This document shows positions 1 to 17,572 of a DNA stretch of 64,000 nucleotides, in pieces (the stretch's first letter is position 1; each line of letters begins with the position of its first letter). The stretch lies in NCBI RefSeq assembly GCF_009914755.1, contig NC_060925.1, one strand, 5' to 3'. The translations under genes were made by a program, and so were the position numbers. The notes under the pieces were generated by a model. It was not told the DNA's origin and did not search any database. It saw nothing but the letters and a program-made list of their open reading frames with translations. The DNA is from the human T2T-CHM13v2.0 reference genome, Homo sapiens.

Positions 1-150
1 AACAAAAAAACTCTACAGCATGTAACTAAACATCCAGACCCTGTTTTTACAAGGGGTAAATTAACTCAAACGGAGACCCCACCTTAGAAAATCAAACACA
101 AAAGTAAAGAGAAACAAAAAGCCATGGAGCCGGAGCTGAGGAGGGGTCAC

Positions 151-239
151 CTGCGCGGGGCTGGGAACAGCGTCTGTCTGGTTGCCAAGGCCCAGCTGCC
201 CCATCTTGTTTTCCCCAAACGCAAACACGGAGCCCGTTT
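151..239 (-). CDS. RCC2: RCC2 coding exon (ETGSVFAFGENKMGQLGLGNQTDAVPSPAQ); gene continues beyond left edge
   Basis: CTTCCAG acceptor at 241-240, GTGACC donor at 150; 89 nt; cumulative 744 nt = 248 codons. Confidence 0.96.
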
Positions 240-652
240 CTGGAAGAAAGGAAAAATATCACAAAAGGGAAGATAATGGTGAATGTTTTGAACTAGATTT
301 AGAATCAAAGGCATCAAAATAATAAAAACAGCTCATTTGCCAGGCAGAAGGCAAGTGAGACTGCCCAAAAGCTGGCAGTGCAGACGCTTCACAGCAAAGC
401 CATTTCACATCAGAAACTGGGTGTGCAGAGAAACAGAGGGCAGCGTCTCCTACTCCCAGATGGGCCTCCTATGGCCACTGGGGAGGCTCCCAATGCCCTC
501 AAGAAGCCACTCCATGCCAAGGTTCTCAGGGCCTCTTTCTGATCCTGACCAAGAGTCACAAGGGGAACTCCACCACCCCACGCCCCATCCCCAAGGCAGA
601 CCACCTGGCCTCTTGCCAAACTGAGAGGAGACACCAGCAGCCACCTCCTTAC

Positions 653-784
653 CCGTCAAGGCCAAGGTGTGGTTCCGCCCACATGCTGCAGACACAATCA
701 CTTCGTGGCTAAGACCCTCGATGAGTCTAGGGGCTTCTACTCTCTTGGTGTCACCATGTCCCAGCTGCCCCTTCTCATTTCGAC
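653..784 (-). CDS. RCC2: RCC2 coding exon (GRNEKGQLGHGDTKRVEAPRLIEGLSHEVIVSAACGRNHTLALT)
   Basis: CTGCAG acceptor at 786-785, GTAAGG donor at 652; 132 nt; GQLG and ACG..HTL RCC1-repeat motifs. Confidence 0.97.
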
Positions 785-3491
785 CTGCAGATCACATGAG
801 AGAAAGTAGAAAAGAGAGAGGGTGGTCCAGGCGGCACCACCAGGAGAAGGCGAGTACAAACACACTCTCAAATGATGCCCATCTGTCTCTGGAAGGTACC
901 CTCCAAATTCCCAACAACAGCCAAGATCCAGAGCAAAGAACGCCCCGGCCCTCTGCCCGCTGGAATGGCGCCTGCTGCAGCTCCCCGGACCTCCTTCCCT
1001 GGGGCAGCAGCGGGACCACCCGTGCACACCTCCCACGTCTCTGCTACAAAGGGAAATGAGAGGCTCAGTGTGGTAGGGACACCATGCACAGGCGGGCATG
1101 CTCGCAGAAACACGCCGTTCCCACTTAGAGTGCCTGCAAGACAACCACCCCGTCCCTACCCTCTGAGATGTATTTTAAGACAGCACCCCATTTTGACACC
1201 TGGCTCACCAGAGTTTAATCACTTTGGTGCTCTGGGCATCCACTGAGGACCATTTGGTGTCTGCCCAATATTTCTCTTCCTTTTTCTACCCTGTAAATGG
1301 TGCTCACATAACAGTGCCAATCCCACCCCTAGGGATCGCCCCTCAAGGACTCTCAGCCACAGGAACCCTGGTGACAAAGCACAGATCCACCCTCAACACA
1401 ACACGCCCAGCCCCACCTCCAGGACTGCTGCAGGTGCGACCAAGGCCCTGTATCTGTGAATTCCAGCGGAAGGCAGGCCTGAGGGCCAACCCCTACCCCC
1501 AAGTCCTCTGCAGAACCAAATTCAACTCCAAACAGACGTGGAAGTTGGGTGGGCCAAAAGGAGGGCTGGGAGCCCCTACACCGCATCTAGGTTTCAACAC
1601 AAACTACCAAGTTCCAAAACAAAAATTCAACCGGCCACTCTCGGATCCCTCCCGATAAGAGAAAAACCACACATGTAACCTGACGTGGGGAAACTGACGG
1701 AGATCTTACAGTGGTGAGAAGTCAGGGCAATTCTAGGGGGTTTTGCAACCTTCTCCAGCAATGAACTTTTCACCCTTAGGTTGTGATAAAGGCAGACAGC
1801 AGAGCCATTAAGATGAGTTCCAGCTGTCCTGGAGAAGGCTTGCAGGAGCAGCCTCTGACTACAGAAGGAATTGCGACGAAGGGAAACCAGCCTCTGACTC
1901 GCTCTAATTAAAGAACGGCGGGCTGAAGGGCCAGCACTGGCACTCGAGCAGGAGAGGCAGATACACCAGCTTCCAATGGGAGCTGCCCAAGTTCATGTGA
2001 AAGGCATGTGAATACAGAGCAACAAGTGCAAGTCTCAGTGGACTGAGATGCGGCAGGACAGGGTGAGCGGGCCACAGATGGAGACCCCACATGAGCAATG
2101 CGTCAGCCACCCTCCCGTGGTACTCTACTCACACCAGACGCCGCCCCCTGCCTTCTAGAGTGGCGAGCAGTGGGCCTGTGACACCTTCCAACCCTGTCCT
2201 CACCAACTGCACTGTCTGCTCGGGGATCACACGTCTTGATGGCGGGACATACATTGTCCCTGCCCACAGGGTCAGAACTGAGGGCGCTTTCAGAGCCACC
2301 ACGCAAGTGAAGCTCAGCGAGAGATCAGAACTGAGGTATTTTAAGTTTGGAACACTGACATAAAAGGCTGTGTTCAGTGTTGGAACACAAAGTAGGAGGG
2401 GTGCTCTGGGGGAAGGGACACACATCTATGCCAACCGGGAGAAAACAAAAACTGTGGCAATGTCAGCATGTCATCAAGAGACTATAAAGTATAAATTTGG
2501 GCCAGACACACTTTAGCTTTTTTCAACAGAATTACAAAATTAGCCATGTGCAGGGAAGACAACAGATGTTAATATATTTGGACTTTGGTACAGCAGCTCA
2601 TGAAATCACAAAAAACGGTTCAAACAGCCCAAAATAAAAATGCAGTCATATGGACTAAAAGCTAGCCAGAGGACCAGCGACAAAGGGTGGGGACAAACGC
2701 CAATATGCCCCGCTGGAGGCAGAGGCCGGGAGTCACCAAAAGGGCTGGGGATAAAATGAGCCTTAGCCCATACCCTATGATTGGAATGATCTGGAAGAGG
2801 ACACGGGCAGGAATGGGCCGGCCGGCTGCAGAGGACAGTGCCGTGGACAGAGGCTAACAGAAGAACTGGAACCCATCCCGAGTGCCCAGGTGAGGAAAAA
2901 CAGAAGGGAAAGCCGAACAACTCCAAAAAAGCAAACTGAAGTATCTGGGGAAATATCCTAAGAAGCAGACAACACGGACAGTGAGCTGCCAAGCCTGCAG
3001 ACCAGACTTGGGCAGACCTCAGACACGAGGGCCATGGCGGCAGGGACGCAGCATCCTATGACATGAGGCGGGAGGTAGAAAAGCCAGTGGCATTTCAAGT
3101 GGCAGCAACAGAGGTCTCATGTCATATCGTGCCTCAAAGAGGAAGGAAACTGTCTGCTGGAAGGACAGCCTGCCTAACACACTCACACACCTCAGTATCA
3201 GAAAAGATCAAGCTTCGGGCAGAAGATTCAGGAAAATGTTCCTTGTGTAAACACAAGGAATCAAAGAAGTAGGGGCTGCGTATGGGCAAAAAATGTCAGG
3301 GGGGAAGGGGATCTGCATGTAGCGTGTAGACAAGAGACGAGCTGGGAATTAGGAAAAAAGACATGGGCTGTGAACGAAGGAGCCCAGCCTTATAAGACGC
3401 GAGTCTCTTTTCCAGGCAAACAGAAGAACGTGCTGTGTGGGGACAGCTGGTGACAGTGGTCCCCAGTGCCCAGCACCCGCACGGTACTCAC

Positions 3492-3635
3492 CCCAGCTCC
3501 ACAGCTTCCCTTCCGTGGTGATGAGGAGGCTGTGTGCAGCACACGAGCCCGAGACCACTGTCCGCACCCGGACCCCCGCCAGGCACCCATATCTGTGGGG
3601 CCCCCACAAATTCTGACCGAGATTGCGGTAAGCAG
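3492..3635 (-). CDS. RCC2: RCC2 coding exon (AAYRNLGQNLWGPHRYGCLAGVRVRTVVSGSCAAHSLLITTEGKLWSWG), RCC1-repeat region
   Basis: TCTCTGCAG acceptor, GTGAGT donor at 3491; 144 nt, phase 1-1; RCC1-repeat signature H-S-L-L...LWSWG. Confidence 0.97.
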
Positions 3636-4049
3636 CTGCAGAGAGAATGAGAATGCAGATCAGACACCTGGGGTGGTGGGGTGACCTCCAAAATGTCACT
3701 GGCCACCAAGCAGCCACTTCCCGAGGGTACCAGGGACAGGTGTTCCTCGGGTGCCACCCTGCCTTGGCTGTTGGGAGGCTGCACAAGGATCGGGTTTTCA
3801 CTTCGAATCTCTGCGATGCCTCTGAAGGCCCAAAAATCAAAATACCCAGAAGCTGGCACAGGCCTGGCGTCACCTGCCACCTTTACACCCATTCGGCCCC
3901 AGCCCCCTCTCTGGGTCCCACCTCTCACAGGGCTCAGCCCCACGTGTTCTGCCATTGAGCACGCCCACCCGCAAGTGCCCGGGACCTGGTGCGAGGTCTG
4001 TCCAGGAGGCAGGAGTGCTGGCTTTCCACAGCCGTCAGCTGAGGAAGAG

Positions 4050-5010
<961 letters not shown>

Positions 5011-6884
5011 AATCTTAATTTTTGAAATTGAGATGCTCAAGAGTATTTCCAGGATTGTGGTGATTATCCTGAAATGCTAGCCACTGCCAAATCGAGTGTG
5101 TAAGACTGATCCAATGTAGGAACTGATAAAAAGGCTACAATGTCTCTATCAAGCGCCTGGCTGCCTAGAAAGTATCTGTGAAGTACGTTCCAGCCCCACC
5201 CTCCGCCCTCAGCAGAGGGCACCACATGCTCCCTCATTCAGGTGTGGGGGCAAGTGGGCAAGACTCCTGGCCGCAGGCGGGCAGGGGCCAGCCGATCCCG
5301 CATGGCACCTGAAGCAGCACACCTGCAGACACCTCCCCTGAAAGGAGGAAGAGGAACATCAACAATTTCCTGGGGAAAGAGCAAACCAAAAATAAAAGCC
5401 TCATGGTCTATATTAAAACTTAAGAAAAACTCAAGGAGGTGGCACCTAAATTAAGATTCAGGAACTGTATTAAACAAAACTCGGAAGGGATAAAGAGAAA
5501 CCCAAGGTCTCTTTGCCATGAAGACAAAATGATGGCATGATTGACGAGTATCATCACGACCCTGTGCCGCAACACAGGAGGCCACGGGACGCCAGGCAAG
5601 GGTGCGGTGCCACACTTGAACTTGCTTGGCCAAGGGGAGTCTCAGGTGGTCAGATGCTCCTGGACTTACCAAAGCATCTTTCCCTGCAGTGCCCAGGATG
5701 CCACTGGCTCCTGAGGAGCCGGGTTGGGTTTCTTCCGGCCTCCCAAGGAAGGGCTGGAGGGACTGGAGGGACCGGGCAGGGGTGGGGGAGGGGGAGCAAG
5801 TCAAATTAAACGCCCTGCAGCAGTCCCAGGCTCTGCGGTCAGACTGAGAAGTCAATTCCCACGGCCTCCGGATCCCTGGGGTCTGGTCCCAATCACAGAG
5901 CTACTGTGTGGCTTGCTGTGGTGCTATCTTGCAAAAACCAAGACATCCAGGCTGCTGGTTTTCACCAGATCTACAGCAACATACATGCGCGGGAGGCAAC
6001 AGAGTTAACTAGAGAGTGGGACTCCAACCCTGGCCCTGCCACTCGCTTCCTTTGGTATTTACTGCCCTTCCCTGGGCTTCTGTATCTTCAATGTCAACTG
6101 GGCTGCTCAGTTGAAGAACGGCTTTGAGAAATGATGCAACACGGGCACAGGACTGGCAACAAGGCGCCATCAGCACCTGGGCTTACGTTACTGTAGACCA
6201 GGAGGTGCTTCCCTGGGACAAAAGCCACCATGTGGACGTGGCCCCCTCTGGCTTGGGCCTGAAGGCTGGGCATTTTCCAAACAACGCGCTGCTGCTACCT
6301 GCAACTTAAACCCATTTCTAATTCAGCTGGCCCCCAGGTGTTTTCATGGAACAAGGTGATTTCCAACGCCCCTGTTTTAAGGTGCCAAGACGAGCCAGCG
6401 TGCAAATATTTGTTCATGGGGCAAAGCAATGCTGGAAAGCACTTTGGGAGTCTTTCCAGATGAAATCAAGAAGCCATAAAAGTTGGCTACATGCCAGCCT
6501 TCCTTCTCCTGGATGGGCCTTTTCCCTTAAGACACCAGTTTTCCAAAGGTAACTGGGGACAAAACATTACTTCTTAAGGACCTCTCTGCTTTCCCCCGCT
6601 CCAGACTGTTCTGTCAAACCAGTTCCTGCAACAATTTGGCAGCTTGCAAAGAAACGTGGACTCTTCTGCAATGCCTGAAATTTTGACACCTGACATTTGA
6701 CAAATGTCTAGGACATTCTGACACCATCTCACAGACCTGGTCTCTTCATTTTAATGAAAACAAGTGAGGTGAGAGGGAAGATGGAAAAGGTGGCAATGTT
6801 CATTTGAGGATACTACTTGTATTTTCCTGATTAATCTTAACGGAATTAGTGAGTCACTTCAAAATTGTGCCTTTAAAAGACTAA

Positions 6885-7031
6885 GATTAGGGTTCAAATC
6901 CAGCTCATCACTACAGTGGCTGTGTGGCCTCAGGCAAGTCACTTGGCCTCTGTGAAAATGCATTTGTAAATGAAGGGAATACCTACCAGGCAGGTGGTCA
7001 ACAGAACCTAGCACTTAAGAAGCACTCAATG
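6885..7031 (+). mobile_element. MIR fragment adjacent to exon donor
   Basis: GGGTTCAAATCCAGCTC...GGCAAGTCACTT...CTCTGTG MIR core. Confidence 0.7.
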
Positions 7032-7056
7032 GGTTTTTGAGGCACCATTCTCATAC

Positions 7057-7150
7057 CTTGCTGTTTAGGCACTTCTTTTCGACCAATCAAGTCCCAGTTG
7101 GTTGCCCCAAAAATCAAAAGCTGCCCTTTGCACTTTGACCCTTCAAGTTT
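7057..7150 (-). CDS. RCC2: RCC2 coding exon (KLEGSKCKGQLLIFGATNWDLIGRKEVPKQQ)
   Basis: Polypyrimidine tract + CAG at 7153-7151, donor GTATGA at 7056; 94 nt, joins the previous exon in frame. Confidence 0.97.
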
Positions 7151-8184
7151 CTGCAGAGACAGAGAAAGGAAAAAAGAATTAGTGTGTAAGTCTGCACCTA
7201 GCTTTCCAAGGCTGTCCAATGACAGCACGAAACGAAAGAAAATCATTCAGTTAGCCCTTATGTCACCTGTGACCTCCACACGAACAGAGTCTCCCCACAC
7301 TCCCCTCCCTCATCGGCAAGTGGCAATGCGGGCAACCCCAAACCTGCCCACAGCCGCTCACTTGCTAAGCCCAGGCTCATTTTTATCCTTTGACTTCCCT
7401 TTAAAATAGCTTTTGCAAAACACTAAAAAAAAAACCCAAATACATGCCTCCTTCGCAAACTGATGTACAGAGGTATTTGCAGGAAGCCTGCCGGACACTC
7501 AGGGGCGTTAAATCCAGCTCATCCTAGGGCCAAGTCTCTATTTCACATGGCAAGCACGGCCTGCGACCTCAAACCTTAGGAGCCTCACATCACTTCTGCT
7601 GCCCACTCTGCCGAGAGCCTTTCCATGGGGACTCAGGAAGAAAACAGTAGAGAACAAGGTTCGATTTCTCCACTGAAGGGAGACCAGGCAGAACACAGCT
7701 TTGGTGGGTATGCAGGGGTCTGAATCAGGCGGCCTTTGATGGCACCCTCATGCCGCTGTCCATGAGCCCGGGAGCCAATGGTGAGTGAAACAGTACCTCC
7801 CAGGGGCCCGGCTCTCAAGGAACAAGCTGTCACAGCAGCCAGCATACTTCAGTGTTCATCCTCAGTCTCTCAACACAAAGTCATCAGGGCCACCAACTCT
7901 CATACTGTCAACGAAAATCTACGCCATTTAAAAAGGCCATTGTTCAATTCTGGGTGGCACTCATAATATTCTCAGCACTTTGCTTCCTTAAATGTCAAAA
8001 TATACTTTTTCAAGTAGGTTGTTAGTGGAAGACTCAATTCTGAACTCCTCACTCAGTCCACACTGGCAAGGGAAGCATTCACTGCTATCACTTTCCGCTC
8101 TTACACATCTTTCCTGGACGTGAAAAGGAAAGGGGTTTCCTTCAGTTTACAGAATTGTTCTTGGAAGGCTTCAGGAAAAAAGTC

Positions 8185-9492
<1,308 letters not shown>

Positions 9493-9720
9493 GGGCAGCT
9501 CCAGGCCCAATCATTCTAACCTCTACAGTGTGATCACCCCATGGGTATGCTTTGGCAGTACGGCTCACGCATTTCTAAGATTACACATCTTCATGACGGA
9601 TGATTTCCACTTCAATAGGAACCTTTACACGACCCAAACCTGATTAGGGCGTCCCCCAAGATATAGGTTCCGTCACGCTTGCCCACTCCACCACATTATG
9701 TAACAGGAAAAAGATGGTCA

Positions 9721-10130
<410 letters not shown>

Positions 10131-10688
10131 TTAATCAGAGGGTGGCCCAGCCCCTGCAGCACCCACAACTCAGGTTACTTGAATTGGAGCCTAGCTTCCC
10201 CTGGTTATCTGCCCTTCTTTGTTTAACTGGCAGGCCTGGCTGGAATATGCTACAGGTCTATATTCAATGGCTTCTGTTGAAGTCCCTGTGGAAGGAGAGG
10301 CCTCTGGGTCCTCTGCCCAAGCCTACCAAGTTGGCATGGAGGGGGCAGTAGAGACCCAGGAAGGGTGCTAAGGCACTGGAGACCAAGCTCCCAGGCCAGA
10401 GGGCAAGCCTAGAAAAGAGCCCTGGAATGCCAGCAACTGCAGACCAGGCAGGCGGAGGTTCATGGGCACCTGTGCTCAGTATGAACCATTGAAGTCAAAC
10501 CACCCTACACTGAGATGCAACCACTGCAGCAAAACTTCACAGTGCTGAGGCCACACCAGAAGCCTCAGCTCCATCAGGCCAGAGGGCATGGTTCAGGGGC
10601 AAGTTCAGACAGCCAGAGCTTAACCGCAGTGGCCTTGGCCTTGGGGAGGGAGTTTCCTGGGTGACCTGGACATTTGGTCAAGGGCTCA

Positions 10689-11102
<414 letters not shown>

Positions 11103-12074
11103 TCAAGTTTTTACGTCATGGATCCTATTTCCTCACACATTAGATGGAGGTTAGTGTATTTCGTTATTATTTACATAATTGTTTGCTCTAAGCTGCTTTC
11201 TTTTATTTCTCTATAACTTCTTTCCTCTGCCTTATGTGGAATTAACATTTAAATAGAGTAACAGAGAACTCCCAGCACCCCTTCTCACTTAAGGGGTGCT
11301 CCTCTTCCTCAGAGACCAGAAACAGCCAATCGTGGGAGAGACTCCCGCGCTTGCGGGCTCCACCCGGGGCGGCGGGGCAGGGCGGGGGTGCCAGTGGGTG
11401 TGTGGGTGTCTGAAGCTCAGTGTGCCCTCCCAGGCGGAATCCAGCCTTCCCTGATGGGCCTACGGATTGTTTTTTTGGACGAACTCAGTGTCTGCGACCC
11501 TGCTTGTGTATAAAGGCCACGCAGCAGACAGCCTGGCAAACAGTCTGCCCAATGAGATGAGTGATTTTCATGTCATTTCACCTGGCTGCCTCCAGCAACT
11601 TGGTCACATAACCTGGGCAGAGACACACAGAAATGGACAGAAAAGGCACTGAGCTTCTTCAATCAACAAAATGGGATTTCTAGTCTAAAGCAATTTTTGA
11701 ATTATGATCCAAATGCAAGGTGCGCGTTTACGGGGCCCAGAGTCAACCTTTTAACATAGGTCCATGTAGAAGACCGCTGCTCCGGGGAGGTAAGACCCCC
11801 GGGAACAATGCCGGCATCGACCAATTACCTAAGGGCCATCAACTGAAACAGACTTCCGGGTTGGCTTTCAGTTTTATTTATTTGCTCCTTTCAGATTCAA
11901 CACATCTGTCTCAGGGTCCACAAAACCTTGGCAACCCAAGACTGGAAAAACTACAAAGACCTGGGCAGCTTGCAACACTCACCTGTTTTGTAGGATCTGG
12001 CCAAGGCTGCTGCCTTTACTTGCTTTAGGAGGTTATGAAGTGCGCAAAGAATTAGGACTGAATCTACCCTAGTG

Positions 12075-13141
<1,067 letters not shown>

Positions 13142-13599
13142 CTAGGCAATGACAACGCTCATCTGCCATAAGAATGTTCTATAAAATGCACATCTTTTAC
13201 TCAAGGCAATTCTGCCCCTCAACAATGTAAGTATTTGGCTCATCTTCTACAAGCCCGACACCTGCAGCTTTGGGGTCACTGAAGGCAATATGGTTTTGGA
13301 CATTTCCTGGGCGGCTGCTTTCACACAGACCTCCTCCTAGCAACCCTGAGCGGGGCAAGGCATGCAAAATGCTCAGTAAAAAAGGTTCTTTCTGCAACAA
13401 GGACTGCTGTCTGCCTGTGGCAGCACACAGGGTCCCTAGGACTGCTCAACAGAGAAACAGAGACCAGAAACCTGGGGCCAGGGAGACTGGGCAGGAGGCC
13501 AACCCAGGACAAGGGGCAGAGGGCTGCCCTAGGCCTATGGAAAGGCAATGGGGCTGCATGGACCCAGCCCCGAACATGGACCAAACTCAGTAGATGCTA

Positions 13600-14056
<457 letters not shown>

Positions 14057-14171
14057 TTAGAGTCCTGCTTATACACATATGTAAAATAATAACGTATTTA
14101 TGTGTATAAACAGGAACTTAAAAGCTGCAATGGACTGCTGTTTACTCACATTAAGACTTACAAACATGCAA

Positions 14172-14467
14172 CCCAACACAGGGCTCGCGCCTGTCATCCC
14201 AGCACTTTGGAAGGAGGCTGAGGCAGGCAGATCACTTGAGGCCAGCAGTTTGAGACCAGCCTGGCCAACATGGTAAAACCCAGCCTCTACAAAAAGTACA
14301 AAAATTATTCGGGTGTGGTGGAACACACTTGTAATCCCAGCTGCTCGAGAGGCTGATCAGCACACAAAAATCACTTGAACCTGAGAGGCGGAGGTTGCAG
14401 TGAGCTGAGATCGTGCCACTGCACTCCAGCCTGGCCATAGAGGGAGACTCTGCCTCAAAAAAAAAAG
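14172..14467 (+). mobile_element. Older Alu (AluJ/S)
   Basis: Alu consensus; TSD AAGACT(T/A)ACAAA(C/T). Confidence 0.9.
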
Positions 14468-16257
14468 ACTAACAAATGTGCCATTTCCATTGACAAAGCA
14501 GCTTCAAGCAGCACAGCTGGAGACAGAGGTGGGCCAGGGAGAGCCAGTGTCCCTCACACACTCCCTGTCTCTACCTCCTTGGGTCAATCTCAGCATGGGG
14601 TAAGGATCTTTTGCTCTGATGGCAAAATTCAGCGTTCCAACAGTCTGGAGCTGTACAGCTGATAACTGCAGTCTTGGATGTCTAAACACAATCTTGCTTT
14701 TGGAAACTCACTCAAAATAGGATACAGGAGACGCGGAAGCTCACCTGGCCTTTCTTTTTAGTTTCATCCTAACATACTGTGTTCGGAGGGCAAATGTCTG
14801 GAGTCTGGCACAGCAGACTAGACGTCAAAGGAAAACAGTTCCTGTGTTCCAGTTTCTCAATACTTTGGCCATTGTCTAGTCTAGCCTGATCCAAGACCCC
14901 GGGCAAGACCTTTTGACAGCTTTTGACGGGCTCTCCTCCACTGCCTAACATGTTAACCCTTTCACCCAGAAGGCACTTTTACAAAGCATATTCCCATGTG
15001 CAATTTGCAGGGACATCAGGAGTTACAGCATTTGGAGATCCAGTTCCATCCATGACTTTGGACAAGGCCCTCGAATTCTGTGCCCCAGTTTCCCTATCTA
15101 TAAAACGGACGTAGAAAATGTGTTATTAGACACTGCCTGCGCTTCTCTGGAGGAAAGCACTCTGCTGTTAACCCTTAAACACCCTTAGGAGATGGGCACT
15201 TATGGAAGGAAAAAAACCTCTCCGGGTGTCAGGCTCTACACCCCAGGTGGAAGTTCTTGCTCTCTGGGGGTTATCTGAGAATCTGGTGAAAACTTAGACC
15301 CTCTTCTGAAAAACATATCCCACACCACACCAAACTTAAAGAAAGTTCTGTGGGGGTGGGGAGATGCTGTGGCGGCAGATGCCGGGTTCAGATCTCCGGC
15401 TCTGCAGGCTTTTTCGGGAACGTTAACTTGAGTCAGCCACGACCTTAATTAAGATTTGAGAAAACAGAAGCCCGCCCAGGACCCTAGGAGATGCTTCTTC
15501 ACTTGGGGGGGCTACAACAGAGCCCTCGCGAGCATCCTGCAGCTTCGGACCACCGGCGGCAAACAAAGCCCGAGCACCGCTCAGCCGGGGGGCTTCCCCG
15601 ACCTCGGGGGAGGGCTCTGCGGAGCATGCGCCCTCGCACCCCGCCCCGGCGCCCGCCGCCCCCGCCTTCCCGGCGCGCGAGCCGGCGCAGGGCCGCACGG
15701 GGCATGCGCGGCGGCCGTCAGGCCCCGCCCCCCCCGGGCGCCGGAGCCGAGGCGGCGGGAACCTCAAAGCCCCGGCGCAAACGGCCGCTCCCCGCAGAGC
15801 GCCGGCCGCCCCCTCCCCGCGGCGCCCGGGCGCAGCGGCGGCCACGGACGTGTGGGGCCCGCTGGCCGCCCCCTCTTCCAGGCCGGGCGAACTTACCGAG
15901 GTCCCCTTTCCCGGGGCGGGGGGGGAGGGGCGCAGAGGGAGCTGTGGGGGCGGGGCCATGACCCCCTCGTGCGGGCTTCGGCCGCCCCTCCCCCGCCGCG
16001 GGCCCGGGCGCGCGCCCCAACCGCCAACCGCCCGCGCGGTGCCCGGGGTCGGGTAGGCCGCGGGCCGCGCGCCCCGTACCGAGCCCTTTTGTTGCGCGGA
16101 GGCGGAGGCAATGATTCAGCCCGCGGCCTGCGCCGGCCCGGCCGCCGGGAGGGAGCGTGACGCGAGGCGGCCCCCGGCTGGAACGCGCGCCGTGCCGCGT
16201 CGCTGAGCCCGCCGGCCCCGGCCCTGCGCCCACCCGTCTACCCTGACCCTCACTCAC

Positions 16258-16542
16258 GACGCGCTCCTTGGTGTGCTCGGGTTCGGTGATGACCACGGCC
16301 GCGCCGCCCGCCTTGCCTGCTGTCGCCGGCCGCGCCGCGCGCTTGCCCCCGCCGGGGGCCCCGTCGAGCTCCAGGCCGTCCTCGTCGCCGCTGCTGCCGC
16401 CGCCGCTGCTGCTACTGCAGCGCTCGGGCCGCTCGCGCTTCCTGCCCGCCGGGCCGCCGCGTTTCCTGGGCCCGGCGCGGGCAGTGCCGTTGCCCGAGCT
16501 CGGCTCCTCCCAGGCCGCCGCCGCCGCCTTCTTCCTGGGCAT
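16258..16542 (-). CDS. RCC2: RCC2 first coding exon (codons 1-95, MPRKKAAAAAWEEPSSGNG...EPEHTKERV); exon extends 8 nt of 5'UTR to acceptor at 16550
   Basis: Translation matches the RCC2 N-terminus; Kozak-like CCGCGACCATG; acceptor CCAG| at 16552-16551; donor |GTGAGT at 16257; 285 nt = 95 codons, phase 0. Confidence 0.97.
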
Positions 16543-16586
16543 GGTCGCGGCTGGAGGGAGACACGGGGCAGCGGCGCACAATGGAC

Positions 16587-16597
16587 GGGTTATAAAC
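16587..16597 (-). promoter_or_regulatory. TATA-like element (TTTATAA on minus, TATAAA on plus) ~50 nt upstream of the RCC2 ATG; possible alternative internal promoter
   Basis: Isolated AT-rich heptamer inside a CpG island just upstream of the coding exon. Confidence 0.45.
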
Positions 16598-17572
16598 TGC
16601 GCGGGGGGAGGGGAGCGGAGACGAGCCACCCGGCCTCCACTTCCTCCTCTGCCCTCCCCAAAGTGGCGGCCGCAGGGTGGGCGGAGAGGGGGCGAGTTGG
16701 GAGAGGAAATCGCGCCCCTCCCTGGCCCCGGCGCGGCTCCTTCGGGGAATCCCGCAGGGCAGCCGGGAGCCCCAGAGGCAATCCCCTGGAGGGAGAATTG
16801 AGACCCCCGGCCTATCCGTAAGTTAGGTTTGCCCACAAAGCATCACAGTTGCAACCTCGCCCCCCAAAAGTAAAGGGAAAGTAAAACCAGCCTCCAGTCC
16901 CCTAGATTTTCATTAAAGAAGGCTTCGGGACACTTCCAGGATTCCCCCTTGGCACCTGGGTGGTAAGGGAGCCCCTGCTCCCCGGCTACCCCACCTGCTG
17001 CTTTTGTCTCCGCAGTCTCCCCCCAAACCCACTCATGGCATTTAATGCAACGCTCTCCCCCACCCCGCATCAGCCCTGGACCCCCGTTCGGCCCCAGCTC
17101 AGGGGTGCCGACCTCGGGCTCTAGTTAGCCGAATCCCTACGGCGGACTGCCCCCGGCGACGGGGGAAGAGCCCGAAGAAAGCTGGACCCCAGCCCCAAAC
17201 ACCTGCTCGCACAGACACGAAAAATAAAAACTTTAATGGTGCCCAACTCTCTCCCAGCCCCCTTGCCGGCCGTGCGGCCCGGCCGGTCTCCGATTCGACT
17301 GCAAAGTGTCCAGGGCCGCCGCCAGCTCCCCGGCGTCCCTGCGCTCTCCCCTGTCTGCTTTTTTTTTTTTTTTTAATTGATTTTGAACAATGGGATCTCT
17401 GTCTGTCTCCGATTAAACCACGTGGATCCGCCTTCCTTCCTCTTTTTATTCCTTCAATCACCCAGCCCCCCTCCCCCAGGTTTTTTTTTAACCTTTTCTC
17501 TTTAAAAAAAGGAAAAAAAAAAAAACTTTCCCAGACCCCACAAACTGATCACTGTCGATTTTCAGACCCTAC

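Noticed and set aside
2139-2170. Partial CTCF-like core (GCAGGGGGCG on minus); also 6238-6253 and ~12375-12394
   Set aside because: Missing or mis-spaced conserved positions; weaker than the two reported motifs.
2351-2382. 8-bp inverted repeat AACACTGA...TCAGTGTT
   Set aside because: Short enough to arise by chance; does not extend.
16531-16542. Possible RCC1-like N-terminal methylation motif
   Set aside because: RCC2 begins M-P-R-K, which is not the canonical X-P-K NTMT1 motif.
15718-16836. 372-aa ORF containing the RCC2 N-terminus
   Set aside because: Begins at GTG and runs through the donor at 16257 into GC-rich intron; stop-poor CpG-island read-through. Only 16258-16542 is supported.
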